Of a stretch of DNA of 60,117 nt, positions 29,401-35,084 are shown piece by piece. The stretch is taken from the IMG/VR virus record IMGVR_UViG_3300042310_000265, positions 1 through 60,117 of that record; one strand, given 5' to 3'. Numbering within the stretch: the first letter of the stretch is position 1; each line of letters starts with the position of its first letter. The position numbers and the translations under genes are program-made. Source of the DNA: a virus (lineage: Duplodnaviria > Caudoviricetes). The notes under the pieces are model-generated. The model did not search any database. It was not told where the DNA came from and was given only the letters and a program-made list of their open reading frames with translations.

Positions 29401-29414
29401 AAAAGAAAAACTAA
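20442..29414 (+). CDS. giant polyvalent virion protein (zincin-like peptidase, GNAT-like and ART-like modules)
   Basis: Likely start ATG 20442 (MAWQPP). HEMQH at 22590-22604; GNAT motif A QKNKGFGQALY; ART-PolyVal-like WHFG...GMHFG...GYDG...YVIFNPQQAKSA; second GNAT-like LDCF...LPSLYKRFGF. Confidence 0.75.
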   Translation: MAWQPPEDELDSNVLQQWKPPEDELDKNLPDQWSPPEDELDNSPTKIKDVGALKQMKDSGQKLTYDQERVLFDAEDKKPFTQKVSEAVNTFVPTAIDIAKQLGSGAGEFIYKGVLKPIDAMSQSPEEAEKTLKEAGNIWRSGAHGFGQDIQETADAGVRFAMFGSDFTDKLLGRSENERFEKYMLRQGMREFSQKVYEDNPDAAARLLSENPLLQKLAYAAALAQGGTKEEAELAQKAYSELVLESGLKKEDINENVALFAEVLSPLSLPGTNTATKFLNKGTTKFVQKTGELALKGVAAPIAKGIEKTAGVVEAGIEGAQNLSRKIGEYTVGDPDTLLKATVTTAAAPVRIPAKMVRGIARTVYDVASEAGPGRIGMFERAGKKLDSGALTKKLFSSEALGGKGRARVADWAVRQTNAIVQPAVNGAVLNVALGLPDIESATDLGYMAGVGAGIGGFGGSRLQERGMALFDPTTSLAQKIDAVVTPDPMGLRRDQDADIKRFLSTADSSLVDSINELSNVNNIKSALEVKIKNLEGRRDAQIRKEDSARIQRDINNLKAQRIELEKVNPETENEIKRQVQLSFADAMDLAKTTGAAAGLSNIEVKVLKPEQMDQFYRDKFGKTLTDAESVVKQLVGNPNLSPSEQELLTRADATIRQYLSDVAGASTARGFAISERPDVPEHLRMQNQKGATVVINGDLVSQMGRDGLNLSRVINHEMQHALSNFTEVRQMLDPIRRQLFDQKIQNPDGTFDVVSSGMITDAELDKYAIQYAAGMDASGGASFLGQFANQDQLRAYMKEEVLSELAGLSGASHGDLRSGLDSVGRQAVDWLETKTKTGALKTIKEGLRQFGIGFDDQGKFTSVLGTNLPPEAFSMIRQYQRKMRDLNESLVYNSSPLKDAPEIPLTALATNRALQERYKHSDFFEQQQVVTLESPDGSKQEVVVPADAKLDRFVGQYRFANGQLVDEQGNPISLGPDIPLQAMPDGTSVSLDTRIARNPDGSPRILSPRESKRRAKQRGEIIRKAVDDAPDDESGVRLEDMGNGNYRGTLSPTQIEAINNLPNDIVAPSLKRKIAFFNDILGRKDGSIVEIEYQAALRDGKYRALKPQLRTEIPIGFQFDKQGNFLMTTMSLSRMYDKANAWAAKRPRNLRLWGGDMTKFWDSVRQYLMNHQKGLQGHIGLNADPEIAMQMKNRINDLFNVYRKETREANPERTILPKRRGQDPMDVVIRSRRMDRINSFDETALPKMPFQYELAVQNYLPAENPFAELQDAQQFAKAMEVDEELVNRAIAGDIEPLELQLHEQDLLRPAEYIDVSNGKIRVRSMFDPTQAIFEQGESNPESPSQLQFLPSEIEAPSGERGFQSKLQMEIQSKFLGAMATPEQLKAVLNNPQNVKAEEVKWSGVNDAIDRLASENNGKVPVQELLNYLRDEGQVKFEEVTIGYDNEIQKIADQYRIKIEDEYGEKAFYDEFDEPLELDEVPPQLLDAIYKAGKKPEPSYAQYQLPGGENYREVVMAMPSQKGVQILKDGKVVWEDNEITPTGKQISDLKYQYPESKGYSVVGKGSEQYTSSHFPEIPNYVAHMRLNERTIQDVGYAIRNTESGRKGPVKATRAEAEADLKQYPASYSLEIVEVPRNVDGLFIEELQSDRHQAGREEGYTEDTKPLLIEEEKRLDSIREKIQFLEENGIDEDNPTPEYRSLDAEFINLARRLQGGSIRAVPDAPFRKDWSLQLFKRALRDAVESGKQWIGWTTGETQAERYDLSKQIGKVVWNEDTKMLTAYDPSQKKTVIQESNITSEKLADYVGKEVAQKLVEQSPDEDMDRQISGLDLKVGGEGMKGFYDTILPKELGKYVAKMGGKVEKSEIVIEKPSTFTKFTRTPNSVPEIINVREKTAPIWRVNITPQMENVVRAGQLQFMPAEQTINKVPTQEELDAMKALLPKYTSKLRNINKNEKYITVYDENGKHAGSAEIYVNKPDNFISIEWIDTTIQKNKGFGQALYREIAKYAQQQNIDTIEGEIINKKAVKRREELFETISKSEGTLEGDYDEDPNKGYYADLTSKVPPDIRFMPAEVDARYIDLEAKAKAGDKEAEAEAIAIVENIAKNAGGIEAWHFGSFDPSYDPIPKTKKGMHFGSKEASIQRAFDKQPEDERRSLEIFEENGLWYWKTNTNESLDGFSTKQLAENNANNAIAEMWMYQDYDYNDVGNLTKTYLFFNNLKTVKDQGDNWNDTIIKSKEEGYDGLKYKNEFEDKGSTSYVIFNPQQAKSADPFTYDDAGALIPLSERFQSATPDIRFLPAEQGEPEGLQGIELPQTYRRISDMIPPLRDIEPPVRPVQALPNIQFLPEEKTPTAKEVLKKPLENLPLKEVSTWTEIQKAPIITLKDLIGKKVFPTFADITSAGRVFKGIDSSELLIPIETHGGPEWPLIQPEKVGEETNIWSNQGAGVSTTKAKRAEEGAIMLVTLMDKNAHLSNTEVANAIIGTNLAYVKDGRITKNNLKLLNKKIKEEEAFKDFVGIDSTEINDYVAKLPFQGDKSRARLATILSSKEAESLGSANVQRILDEMRSPAFEGGRIGDSVIALQLSKGAPVVKLSESGAMTHPSYQYAVRGKVIGKFARPINAEMIYDDFLAQRRLEGKPTSGDRRAIDLAKPVQIITKEIANRIPQTPYKYLKSAQHAKLLKYALENDWKDSAVAKNKGGISPAEFIDTLNSSEAKVALNDYTLDSVKKEIKDGKLNLYQLGDSKVFFGTKNSDPASDYGLDPKDYGFGENEKTLTLVLNAERGTAGMGDAIMMKALSEGVTALDCFAIKNSRYPDGMLPSLYKRFGFEVVGEIPFDPQYYTPQKLADIKLFWKNNGWDESTGLPSVVMMKWKGNENDRTRSLRDIAGKAPAGIRERNSSPIRDTEGYFGRTDIGQGGGSQGGLQQGDSGRGRGSQGDALQGIQLGRGTINAIQELFGMNDAELKNLGINPSQIQTIKKAIGYSTEKKKN

Positions 29415-29416
29415 CT

Positions 29417-29572
29417 ATGCCTCTACGAAAATGTGCTTCCCAAAATTGTTTTAATCGCAATGTCTCTGCTGAAGTGAAGGCTGGAAAACCAGTCAAGCAG
29501 GCAGTTGCAATTGCATACTCTGTGCAACGCAAGGCGAGGGCAAAAAAAGCGGCGGCAAAACGCAAAAAATAA
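29417..29572 (+). CDS. small basic phage protein; not in ORF track
   Basis: MPLRKCASQNCFNRNVSAEVKAGKPVKQAVAIAYSVQRK... carries the common GKPxKQAVAIA motif. Confidence 0.65.
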   Translation: MPLRKCASQNCFNRNVSAEVKAGKPVKQAVAIAYSVQRKARAKKAAAKRKK

Positions 29573-29578
29573 TTTTAT

Positions 29579-29649
29579 CGCAGGATAGAGAAAAGGTATC
29601 TCGGTAGGCCCATAACCTACAGTTGAGGGTTCGATTCCCTCTCCTGCAA
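29579..29649 (+). tRNA. tRNA-Met(CAT), initiator-like
   Basis: Cloverleaf CGCAGGA/TCCTGCA, GAGA/TCTC, GTAGG-CCCATAA-CCTAC, GAGGG-TTCGATT-CCCTC; C1:A72 mismatch and A11:U24 pair; no encoded CCA. Confidence 0.85.
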
Positions 29650-29752
29650 CCCCGCGAAGCTAGTGTTTATGCGGGTCTGCGGACTGCTTGGGTTTTTGAT
29701 CAAGCGTCAAGCAAAAATGTTTTTACTATGACACAACGGATAAAAATAGTTC

Positions 29753-29780
29753 TTGATAACCCAAGCGGGTTTGGTATTGT
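29753..29780 (+). promoter_or_regulatory. sigma70-like early promoter with palindromic operator in spacer
   Basis: TTGATA-16nt-TATTGT; AACCC-AAGC-GGGTT at 29758-29771; near-copy at 31892. Confidence 0.6.
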
Positions 29781-29837
29781 GATCCCAGATCGGAGGCGCA
29801 ACGCCGACGACGAACCAACAAAACTCAAAATAAAAAA

Positions 29838-30371
29838 ATGAACACTCAAGACGAATACCAAACAGCATTCCGAATCGCTTCAGACTATTTGCAGTTTTCA
29901 GAAAACTGCGCGAGTCAGGGACAGAGAGCAGGAAAATTAAGCGGCAATGAAACTCACTTCGTTCAGCAACGATTGTATGATCTTTCTGGGCAAGAAGCTA
30001 ATTTGATCGATCACCCTTTCTACGATGAGTGGAAGTGCCTGCAAACAAAGGCAGGAAAAAAACGAGTGGCGGCACAACTTCAATTTATTGCTAAAAACCT
30101 ATTGTTTACTTTTAAAGACAAGTATCCCCACTTCTACGCTCAAGTCACAGGATCACCAAAAATTGTTCAGCCACTTGCCAACATTGCTTTGAATACACAA
30201 ACAGAATACAAAATTAAAAATCGCTATACTGGAGAAAGATTGACTCGCAACAAAGGGCAACTTGCTTGGAGTCACCATGCGCGAGGTTTAGTTTTTAAAA
30301 CAAGAAAAGCGGCAGAAAAAATTGCCAATAATTTTCCACAAGAAGCAGTAGTTTATCAACTGGAGGCTTAA
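29838..30371 (+). CDS. early hypothetical protein
   Basis: 177-aa ORF after an A-rich leader. Confidence 0.65.
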   Translation: MNTQDEYQTAFRIASDYLQFSENCASQGQRAGKLSGNETHFVQQRLYDLSGQEANLIDHPFYDEWKCLQTKAGKKRVAAQLQFIAKNLLFTFKDKYPHFYAQVTGSPKIVQPLANIALNTQTEYKIKNRYTGERLTRNKGQLAWSHHARGLVFKTRKAAEKIANNFPQEAVVYQLEA

Positions 30372-30372
30372 A

Positions 30373-30726
30373 ATGAACATCACCAAGAAACAAGTCTTGC
30401 AGGCTATAAAAGAAGTCATTGAAGCATACTTCAATCCAGATTCTCCAGAAGCACTTGCTTGTGCCATCTATCAACTTCGCAAGGTATATAAAAACTATGA
30501 CACAACTTCTGCTTGCAAACCCAACCTGATTCGATATCCTCAAGCCATGAACCTGACCAACAAAACACAGTCCGAAATCAAAGCGCACCTCAAGCGCACT
30601 CGCAAAACACGGGTGCGTGAGACTTGCGCCAAATACAACACGGCAAGCTACGCTCAAGCCTCGTTCCTCGAAACAGCAGACCTCTGCGCCCGGATCAACG
30701 CTCACCTCGCATCACTTAAAAAATAA
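30373..30726 (+). CDS. early hypothetical protein
   Basis: 117-aa ORF in operon. Confidence 0.55.
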   Translation: MNITKKQVLQAIKEVIEAYFNPDSPEALACAIYQLRKVYKNYDTTSACKPNLIRYPQAMNLTNKTQSEIKAHLKRTRKTRVRETCAKYNTASYAQASFLETADLCARINAHLASLKK

Positions 30727-30730
30727 TACC

Positions 30731-30997
30731 ATGAACATCACACCACCCACAATCCATCTGAACGGAACATCGCCACAAGAACTCTGGAAAGGCTACGAGG
30801 CGGCATACGATGCCGTCCGAGCCGCGCAGGAGGCATTAGGCAAGATTGAGTTCAACTCTCGCGATTACTATGTGCAATCACCATTGGCATGGGATAAGGC
30901 ACAGGAAGATCGCTACGAGCAACGCCGCGCCTTGGATCAGGTCGAGGAGTATTTGCTACAGCATCTGCTCGCGATTCGCAGGCAGAGTGGCATTTGA
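30731..30997 (+). CDS. conserved phage hypothetical protein
   Basis: Start moved to ATG 30731 (MNITPPTIHLNGTS...FNSRDYY). Confidence 0.6.
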   Translation: MNITPPTIHLNGTSPQELWKGYEAAYDAVRAAQEALGKIEFNSRDYYVQSPLAWDKAQEDRYEQRRALDQVEEYLLQHLLAIRRQSGI

Positions 30998-31027
30998 CAA
31001 TGGATACCCTTACGGCATTTTTGCGCG

Positions 31028-31252
31028 ATGGCGCGACCTGTAAACCACCCTGCTTTCCCTTTTGCTGGAGGAACGAATCCTCCAGTCAAGAGCAATAGCG
31101 GTATGTCCATGCGCGACTGGTTTGCAGGTTCAGCCTTGCAGGGGTATCGAGCGAGTGATAAATTTTCCCAAGCCGATTCGCGTTTAGTTGCTGACCTGTC
31201 ATTCAGGGATGCGGATGCGATGCTGGATAAACGACAAAACGAAAATATATGA
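31028..31252 (+). CDS. conserved small phage protein
   Basis: PAFP...GMSMRDWFAGSALQG...ADAML pattern; TTGACA at 30994 upstream. Confidence 0.7.
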   Translation: MARPVNHPAFPFAGGTNPPVKSNSGMSMRDWFAGSALQGYRASDKFSQADSRLVADLSFRDADAMLDKRQNENI

Positions 31253-31530
31253 ATAAAGAAAATAACATTGACAACGAAACGCCGGGAACCCCGGAAGAAG
31301 AGATCGCCAACAGCATCGATGCGGTGCTTGCCAAGGTCGATTTCGACAAGATCACCAAAGACGATGTGTTCCATGATCTCATGCATAACTCGAAACTTTT
31401 CAGCTTCCGATTGATGGTTGCCTCGGCATTGCTGGAGCAACTCCACATTCGTGATCTCGCAAAATCTGGCGAGGCAACTCCTGACAATGTTGTCAGGTTT
31501 AATGACGAAGATCAGGAACCGAAATCGTGA
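31249..31530 (+). CDS. hypothetical protein
   Basis: ATGA-coupled 93-aa ORF. Confidence 0.6.
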   Translation: MNKENNIDNETPGTPEEEIANSIDAVLAKVDFDKITKDDVFHDLMHNSKLFSFRLMVASALLEQLHIRDLAKSGEATPDNVVRFNDEDQEPKS

Positions 31531-31670
31531 AGACAATCAAAGACTCTGAATGGTCTAGAAACGGAAAAGGTGACAAACCTCGCACCGATACGCAGTCCAA
31601 AAAGTATCAGGAAAACTTCGACGCCATCGACTGGACGGCACACAAAAAATCAAAGCAAAATGAAAAGTAA
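31527..31670 (+). CDS. small phage protein; not in ORF track
   Basis: GTG start; GKGDKPR...YQENFDAIDW motif. Confidence 0.5.
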   Translation: MKTIKDSEWSRNGKGDKPRTDTQSKKYQENFDAIDWTAHKKSKQNEK

Positions 31671-31824
31671 AAATGACACTCTCCCATCTTCTGTTCGACG
31701 CTTCTTGAGTGAGATCGGAAAGCGTGGTGGAAGCGCATCGACCGATAAAAAAAGATTGGCGGCGGCAATCAATGGACTCAAAGGCGGAAGACCTCGCAAA
31801 ACTGCGGTAGCCTGCGAAGCCTGA
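31660..31824 (+). CDS. small basic KGG/AT-hook-like protein
   Basis: Likely start ATG 31660; FLSEIGKRGG...NGLKGGRPRK. Confidence 0.55.
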   Translation: MKSKNDTLPSSVRRFLSEIGKRGGSASTDKKRLAAAINGLKGGRPRKTAVACEA

Positions 31825-31891
31825 TTCTATCGGCATCTGCGGGTGTCAATAGATTTTTGAAGTGTGACAAAAATATTTTTTAAAATAATTA

Positions 31892-31919
31892 TTGCAAACC
31901 CAAGCAGGTTGCCTATTGT
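31892..31919 (+). promoter_or_regulatory. sigma70-like early promoter (second copy)
   Basis: TTGCAA-16nt-TATTGT with AACCCAAGCAGGTT in the spacer and an AT-rich upstream tract. Confidence 0.6.
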
Positions 31920-31974
31920 TGAATCCATCGAAGGCGCAACGCCGACGAACCAAAAACAAAAACCAAATAAAAAA

Positions 31975-32349
31975 ATGACAACAGCAACACAACTCAAAGC
32001 AGGCACAGAAACAGGTTCATTGATGAATCACATTATTAGCGGATGCCGTATGTCTGCTCCAGAAACAGGAATGGGTGCAACGATCCTTGGATGGACTGAT
32101 CGCCGCGCCTGCACAATTACCGAAGTGAGTAAGAGCGGCAAGCGTGTCGGAATCGTTGAAGACATTGCAACCCGTGTTGACAAAAACGGAATGAGCGACT
32201 CTCAAGAATACTCTTTCGAGCGCGGGACGGGATCGCCAACCTTTTTCACCCTTCGCAAAAATGGCGCATGGGTTCGCCAAGGCGAATCAATTCGCGGTCA
32301 GCGTCTCGCAATCGGCAAGCGTGATCACTACTACGATTATTCTTTTTAA
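31975..32349 (+). CDS. conserved early phage protein
   Basis: Start moved to ATG 31975 after the repeated leader; GMGATILGWTDR...FTLRKNGAW...YYDYSF. Confidence 0.65.
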   Translation: MTTATQLKAGTETGSLMNHIISGCRMSAPETGMGATILGWTDRRACTITEVSKSGKRVGIVEDIATRVDKNGMSDSQEYSFERGTGSPTFFTLRKNGAWVRQGESIRGQRLAIGKRDHYYDYSF

Positions 32350-32406
32350 TTTTAAATTGGCGAGGGTTCTATCCCCTCGCCCCACAACCAAACCAAACCA
32401 AACCAA

Positions 32407-33195
32407 ATGAACATCATCATCCCAACACTCGAAACTGAACTCGTAAACACGAACCCCATCACGGCAGTCCATGCCGCGCCAACCCGTAGCACCCGCTACG
32501 GATTCATCAGCACTCAAGAGATCGTCAATGCTCTCGGAGAGTCTGGCTACACTCCTCGTCAAATCCAGTATGGCAAAGTCCGCAAGGATGAGAACAAGGG
32601 ATTCCAAAAGCACATCATCAAATTCCAGCACCAAGATATCGCCAATATCGGCGGCGAGGTTGCTCCAGAATTCGTGCTGATCAATAGCCATGATGGAACC
32701 TCCTCGGCGCAACTCTCGCTCGGTCTGCGAGTGTTTGCCTGCTTGAATGGACTTGTCACAGGTGACATTTTCCAGACCTTGAAAGTCTATCATCGCAATA
32801 CCTCGGTGAGCGACTTCATCTCGGCGGCGAATGACCTTCGCTCCAATGTTCCTCAACTGGTCGAGCGTGTGAGCCTCTTCAAGCAGAAGGAACTCACGCA
32901 GGCGGCAACCAACCAATACATCATCGATGCGCTATCGCTCCGCTATGATGCGCCAAACGAGGAATCGACCTATGCTGACCAACGCGAATGGAACACTCGC
33001 CTGTTCTACTTGAATCGCGCTCGTCGCTACGCAGACGGCGGAACCAACCTTTGGCAAACATTCAATAGGGTGCAGGAGAACTTGACCAAAGGACGCCCCG
33101 GTTCTGGCATCCGCAAGCTGACTGCTCCAGCCGCTGACCTCAAAGTCAACAAGCAACTCTGGAACCTCACCGAGCAGTATCTTTTGAACAACTGA
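32407..33195 (+). CDS. DUF932/DUF945-family protein
   Basis: LINSHDGTSS...RVFACLNGLV...LWQTFNRVQENL signatures. Confidence 0.8.
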   Translation: MNIIIPTLETELVNTNPITAVHAAPTRSTRYGFISTQEIVNALGESGYTPRQIQYGKVRKDENKGFQKHIIKFQHQDIANIGGEVAPEFVLINSHDGTSSAQLSLGLRVFACLNGLVTGDIFQTLKVYHRNTSVSDFISAANDLRSNVPQLVERVSLFKQKELTQAATNQYIIDALSLRYDAPNEESTYADQREWNTRLFYLNRARRYADGGTNLWQTFNRVQENLTKGRPGSGIRKLTAPAADLKVNKQLWNLTEQYLLNN

Positions 33196-33202
33196 TCAAT
33201 CG

Positions 33203-33228
33203 GGGGCGGGGGAGCAATCCCTCGCCCC
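33203..33228 (+). other. GC-rich RNA hairpin with GNRA loop ahead of an A-rich leader
   Basis: GGGGCGGGGGA-GCAA-TCCCTCGCCCC; related hairpin GGCGAGGG-N7-CCCTCGCC at 32359-32381. Confidence 0.6.
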
Positions 33229-33243
33229 ATAACAAAAATAAAA

Positions 33244-33492
33244 ATGAAAAATATTTTGCAAAAACTTTTCGAGATTCGCGGAACCCGTCCAGCAACAAAA
33301 CGCGAGCGTGAAGTGGCAACGCATCTAGCGTCTGGATTCACAAATCAGCAGACCGCAGACTTGCTCGGAATCAGCATCAAGACTGTCGAAAAACATCGCG
33401 ACAATCTGCACAAGAAATTTTTATTCCGTAACACGGCAGACCTGACCAGATGGGCATTGGCGCAGGGTCTGTTAAAAAATGAATGGCTATAA
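33244..33492 (+). CDS. LuxR-type HTH DNA-binding protein
   Basis: TKREREVATHLASGFTNQQTADLLGISIKTVEKHRDNL. Confidence 0.85.
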   Translation: MKNILQKLFEIRGTRPATKREREVATHLASGFTNQQTADLLGISIKTVEKHRDNLHKKFLFRNTADLTRWALAQGLLKNEWL

Positions 33493-33500
33493 AAAAAATA

Positions 33501-33530
33501 TTGACCACCCAAAGCGGTTGGGTTTAATAT
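33501..33530 (+). promoter_or_regulatory. sigma70-like promoter with related operator
   Basis: TTGACC-ACCCAAAGCGGTTGGG-TTTAAT; spacer contains the inverted repeat ACCCAA/TTGGGT. Confidence 0.5.
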
Positions 33531-33537
33531 CCGAAAT

Positions 33538-33651
33538 ATGGAAATACCAACAACAATAGTTCTCCAGCATTGCTGGGATGCGTTTGTAGCACTCGCGCCA
33601 ATCGCGGGACTCGCTCTCTTAACCCTGCTTTTAACCATAAACAAAAAATGA
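33538..33651 (+). CDS. small membrane peptide; not in ORF track
   Basis: MEIPTTIVLQHCWDAFVALAPIAGLALLTLLLTINKK; ATGA overlap downstream. Confidence 0.45.
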   Translation: MEIPTTIVLQHCWDAFVALAPIAGLALLTLLLTINKK

Positions 33652-33803
33652 ACGAGATCGCACTTACAGCAATCGTCGGAATCATCGGCATTTTCGTTGC
33701 CTATCGGCAGGGACAGTTGTCGATCCTCGACGAGTGGGAACAATACAAGAAGAAGCGCAAAGAACGGGAAATCCGTTGGCGCGAATTTGAGGAGGAGGAC
33801 TAA
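33648..33803 (+). CDS. small membrane protein
   Basis: Start moved to ATG 33648; N-terminal TM segment and charged tail. Confidence 0.5.
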   Translation: MNEIALTAIVGIIGIFVAYRQGQLSILDEWEQYKKKRKEREIRWREFEEED

Positions 33804-33804
33804 T

Positions 33805-33942
33805 ATGGCTACGGAAAAAACCGAATCCACTTGCCTTCCTCCCGAAGCATACATTCGCATCATCGCTCGTTGCACAAACGATCAACCGCCGAAATTCAAA
33901 TCGTCTGTTTACCCTCCAAAACCAAAAAAACAAAAAAAATGA
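33805..33942 (+). CDS. small hypothetical protein
   Basis: MATEKTES... fills the gap between neighbours. Confidence 0.4.
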   Translation: MATEKTESTCLPPEAYIRIIARCTNDQPPKFKSSVYPPKPKKQKK

Positions 33943-34262
33943 AACTGCTGACAGCAACCCTAACGCTTGCGCTTTGCGCCTGCTCAAGCGTCTCGAAAGA
34001 GACATACACAGAAACTCGCACCCTTAATTACCCGAAGGGAATCACTCCCCACCTGAAAGATTTCTACCTCCAGCCGGGGGCAGAACAACCGCAACCACAA
34101 CCAACAATCAATAGCACTCCAGACTACGCAGGCGTCCTGCCAGACTCGGATGTTATTCCAACCGACAACACGCAAAACATCGCCGCCGAGATCGAGCGGC
34201 TCAAACACGAAAACGAATTGCTTGAGGCTCGCGCCTACAACCAAGCACTCCAAAACCTCTAA
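33939..34262 (+). CDS. lipoprotein
   Basis: Start moved to ATG 33939; MKLLTATLTLALCA-CSS lipobox. Confidence 0.6.
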   Translation: MKLLTATLTLALCACSSVSKETYTETRTLNYPKGITPHLKDFYLQPGAEQPQPQPTINSTPDYAGVLPDSDVIPTDNTQNIAAEIERLKHENELLEARAYNQALQNL

Positions 34263-34279
34263 CCTAATAAAATAAATAT

Positions 34280-35083
34280 ATGTCACAACTAGTACCCATC
34301 ACCGAACTGGAAGCAATGGCTTCGCACATCGTCAAATCTGGCTTATTCGGCCTGAAGCGTCAGGAGGAGGCAGTAGCACTTATGCTTGTCGCGCAAGCCG
34401 AGGGCAGGCATCCCGGCACAGTTGCCGCCGAGTATCACATAATCCAAGGCAGACCAGCACTCAAGGCAGACGCTATCCTTGCTCGATTCCAATCGGCAGG
34501 AGGCAAAGTCGAGTGGCAGGATTACACAGACACGAAAGTGTCAGGCACATTTAGTCACCCAGCAGGAGGTTCACTCTATGTGGACTGGGACATGGAACGC
34601 GCAAAAGCCGCAGGACTCGGAGGCAAGGATAACTGGAAGAAGTATCCAAGGCAGATGCTCCGCGCCAGAGTGGTCAGCGATGGGGTTCGCGGGGTGTATC
34701 CTGCCGTGCTTCAAGGGTTCTACACTCCAGAGGAAGTTCAGGACTTTGTTTCTGCTCCAGCCGCAAACGCACCTGTTGCAGTATCTGCCACACCTGTGAT
34801 CGAGGATAAGCCGAAACCCGTAAAGAAAATCAAAGATGTTGCTCCTGTTATCGAAGCGGAAGTAATCGAGGCGACTCCTGAACTTGCGGAAGACAGAAGC
34901 TGGACCGCGCCTATGGAGGCATCGCTCGGAGCGGAAGAGAATGCCGTTAATGCATTCCTCGCAACCAAGGGGCAGATCGATGCTGGGCAAACATGGCGCG
35001 ACCTTCCAGACGCAACCTATCGCCAGCGCATCATAGCGAATCCTGAAGGATTCGTGAAAGCCGCAACCGCTACAAAGGAGTAA
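34280..35083 (+). CDS. single-strand annealing protein (RecT/Redbeta-like)
   Basis: IIQGRPAL...WKKYPRQMLRARVVS...YTPEE; adjacent to a nuclease gene. Confidence 0.75.
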   Translation: MSQLVPITELEAMASHIVKSGLFGLKRQEEAVALMLVAQAEGRHPGTVAAEYHIIQGRPALKADAILARFQSAGGKVEWQDYTDTKVSGTFSHPAGGSLYVDWDMERAKAAGLGGKDNWKKYPRQMLRARVVSDGVRGVYPAVLQGFYTPEEVQDFVSAPAANAPVAVSATPVIEDKPKPVKKIKDVAPVIEAEVIEATPELAEDRSWTAPMEASLGAEENAVNAFLATKGQIDAGQTWRDLPDATYRQRIIANPEGFVKAATATKE

Positions 35084-35084
35084 T

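Noticed and set aside
29579-29649. tRNA as a prophage attachment site
   Set aside because: No integrase, no duplicated tRNA 3' end and no host genes in the window.
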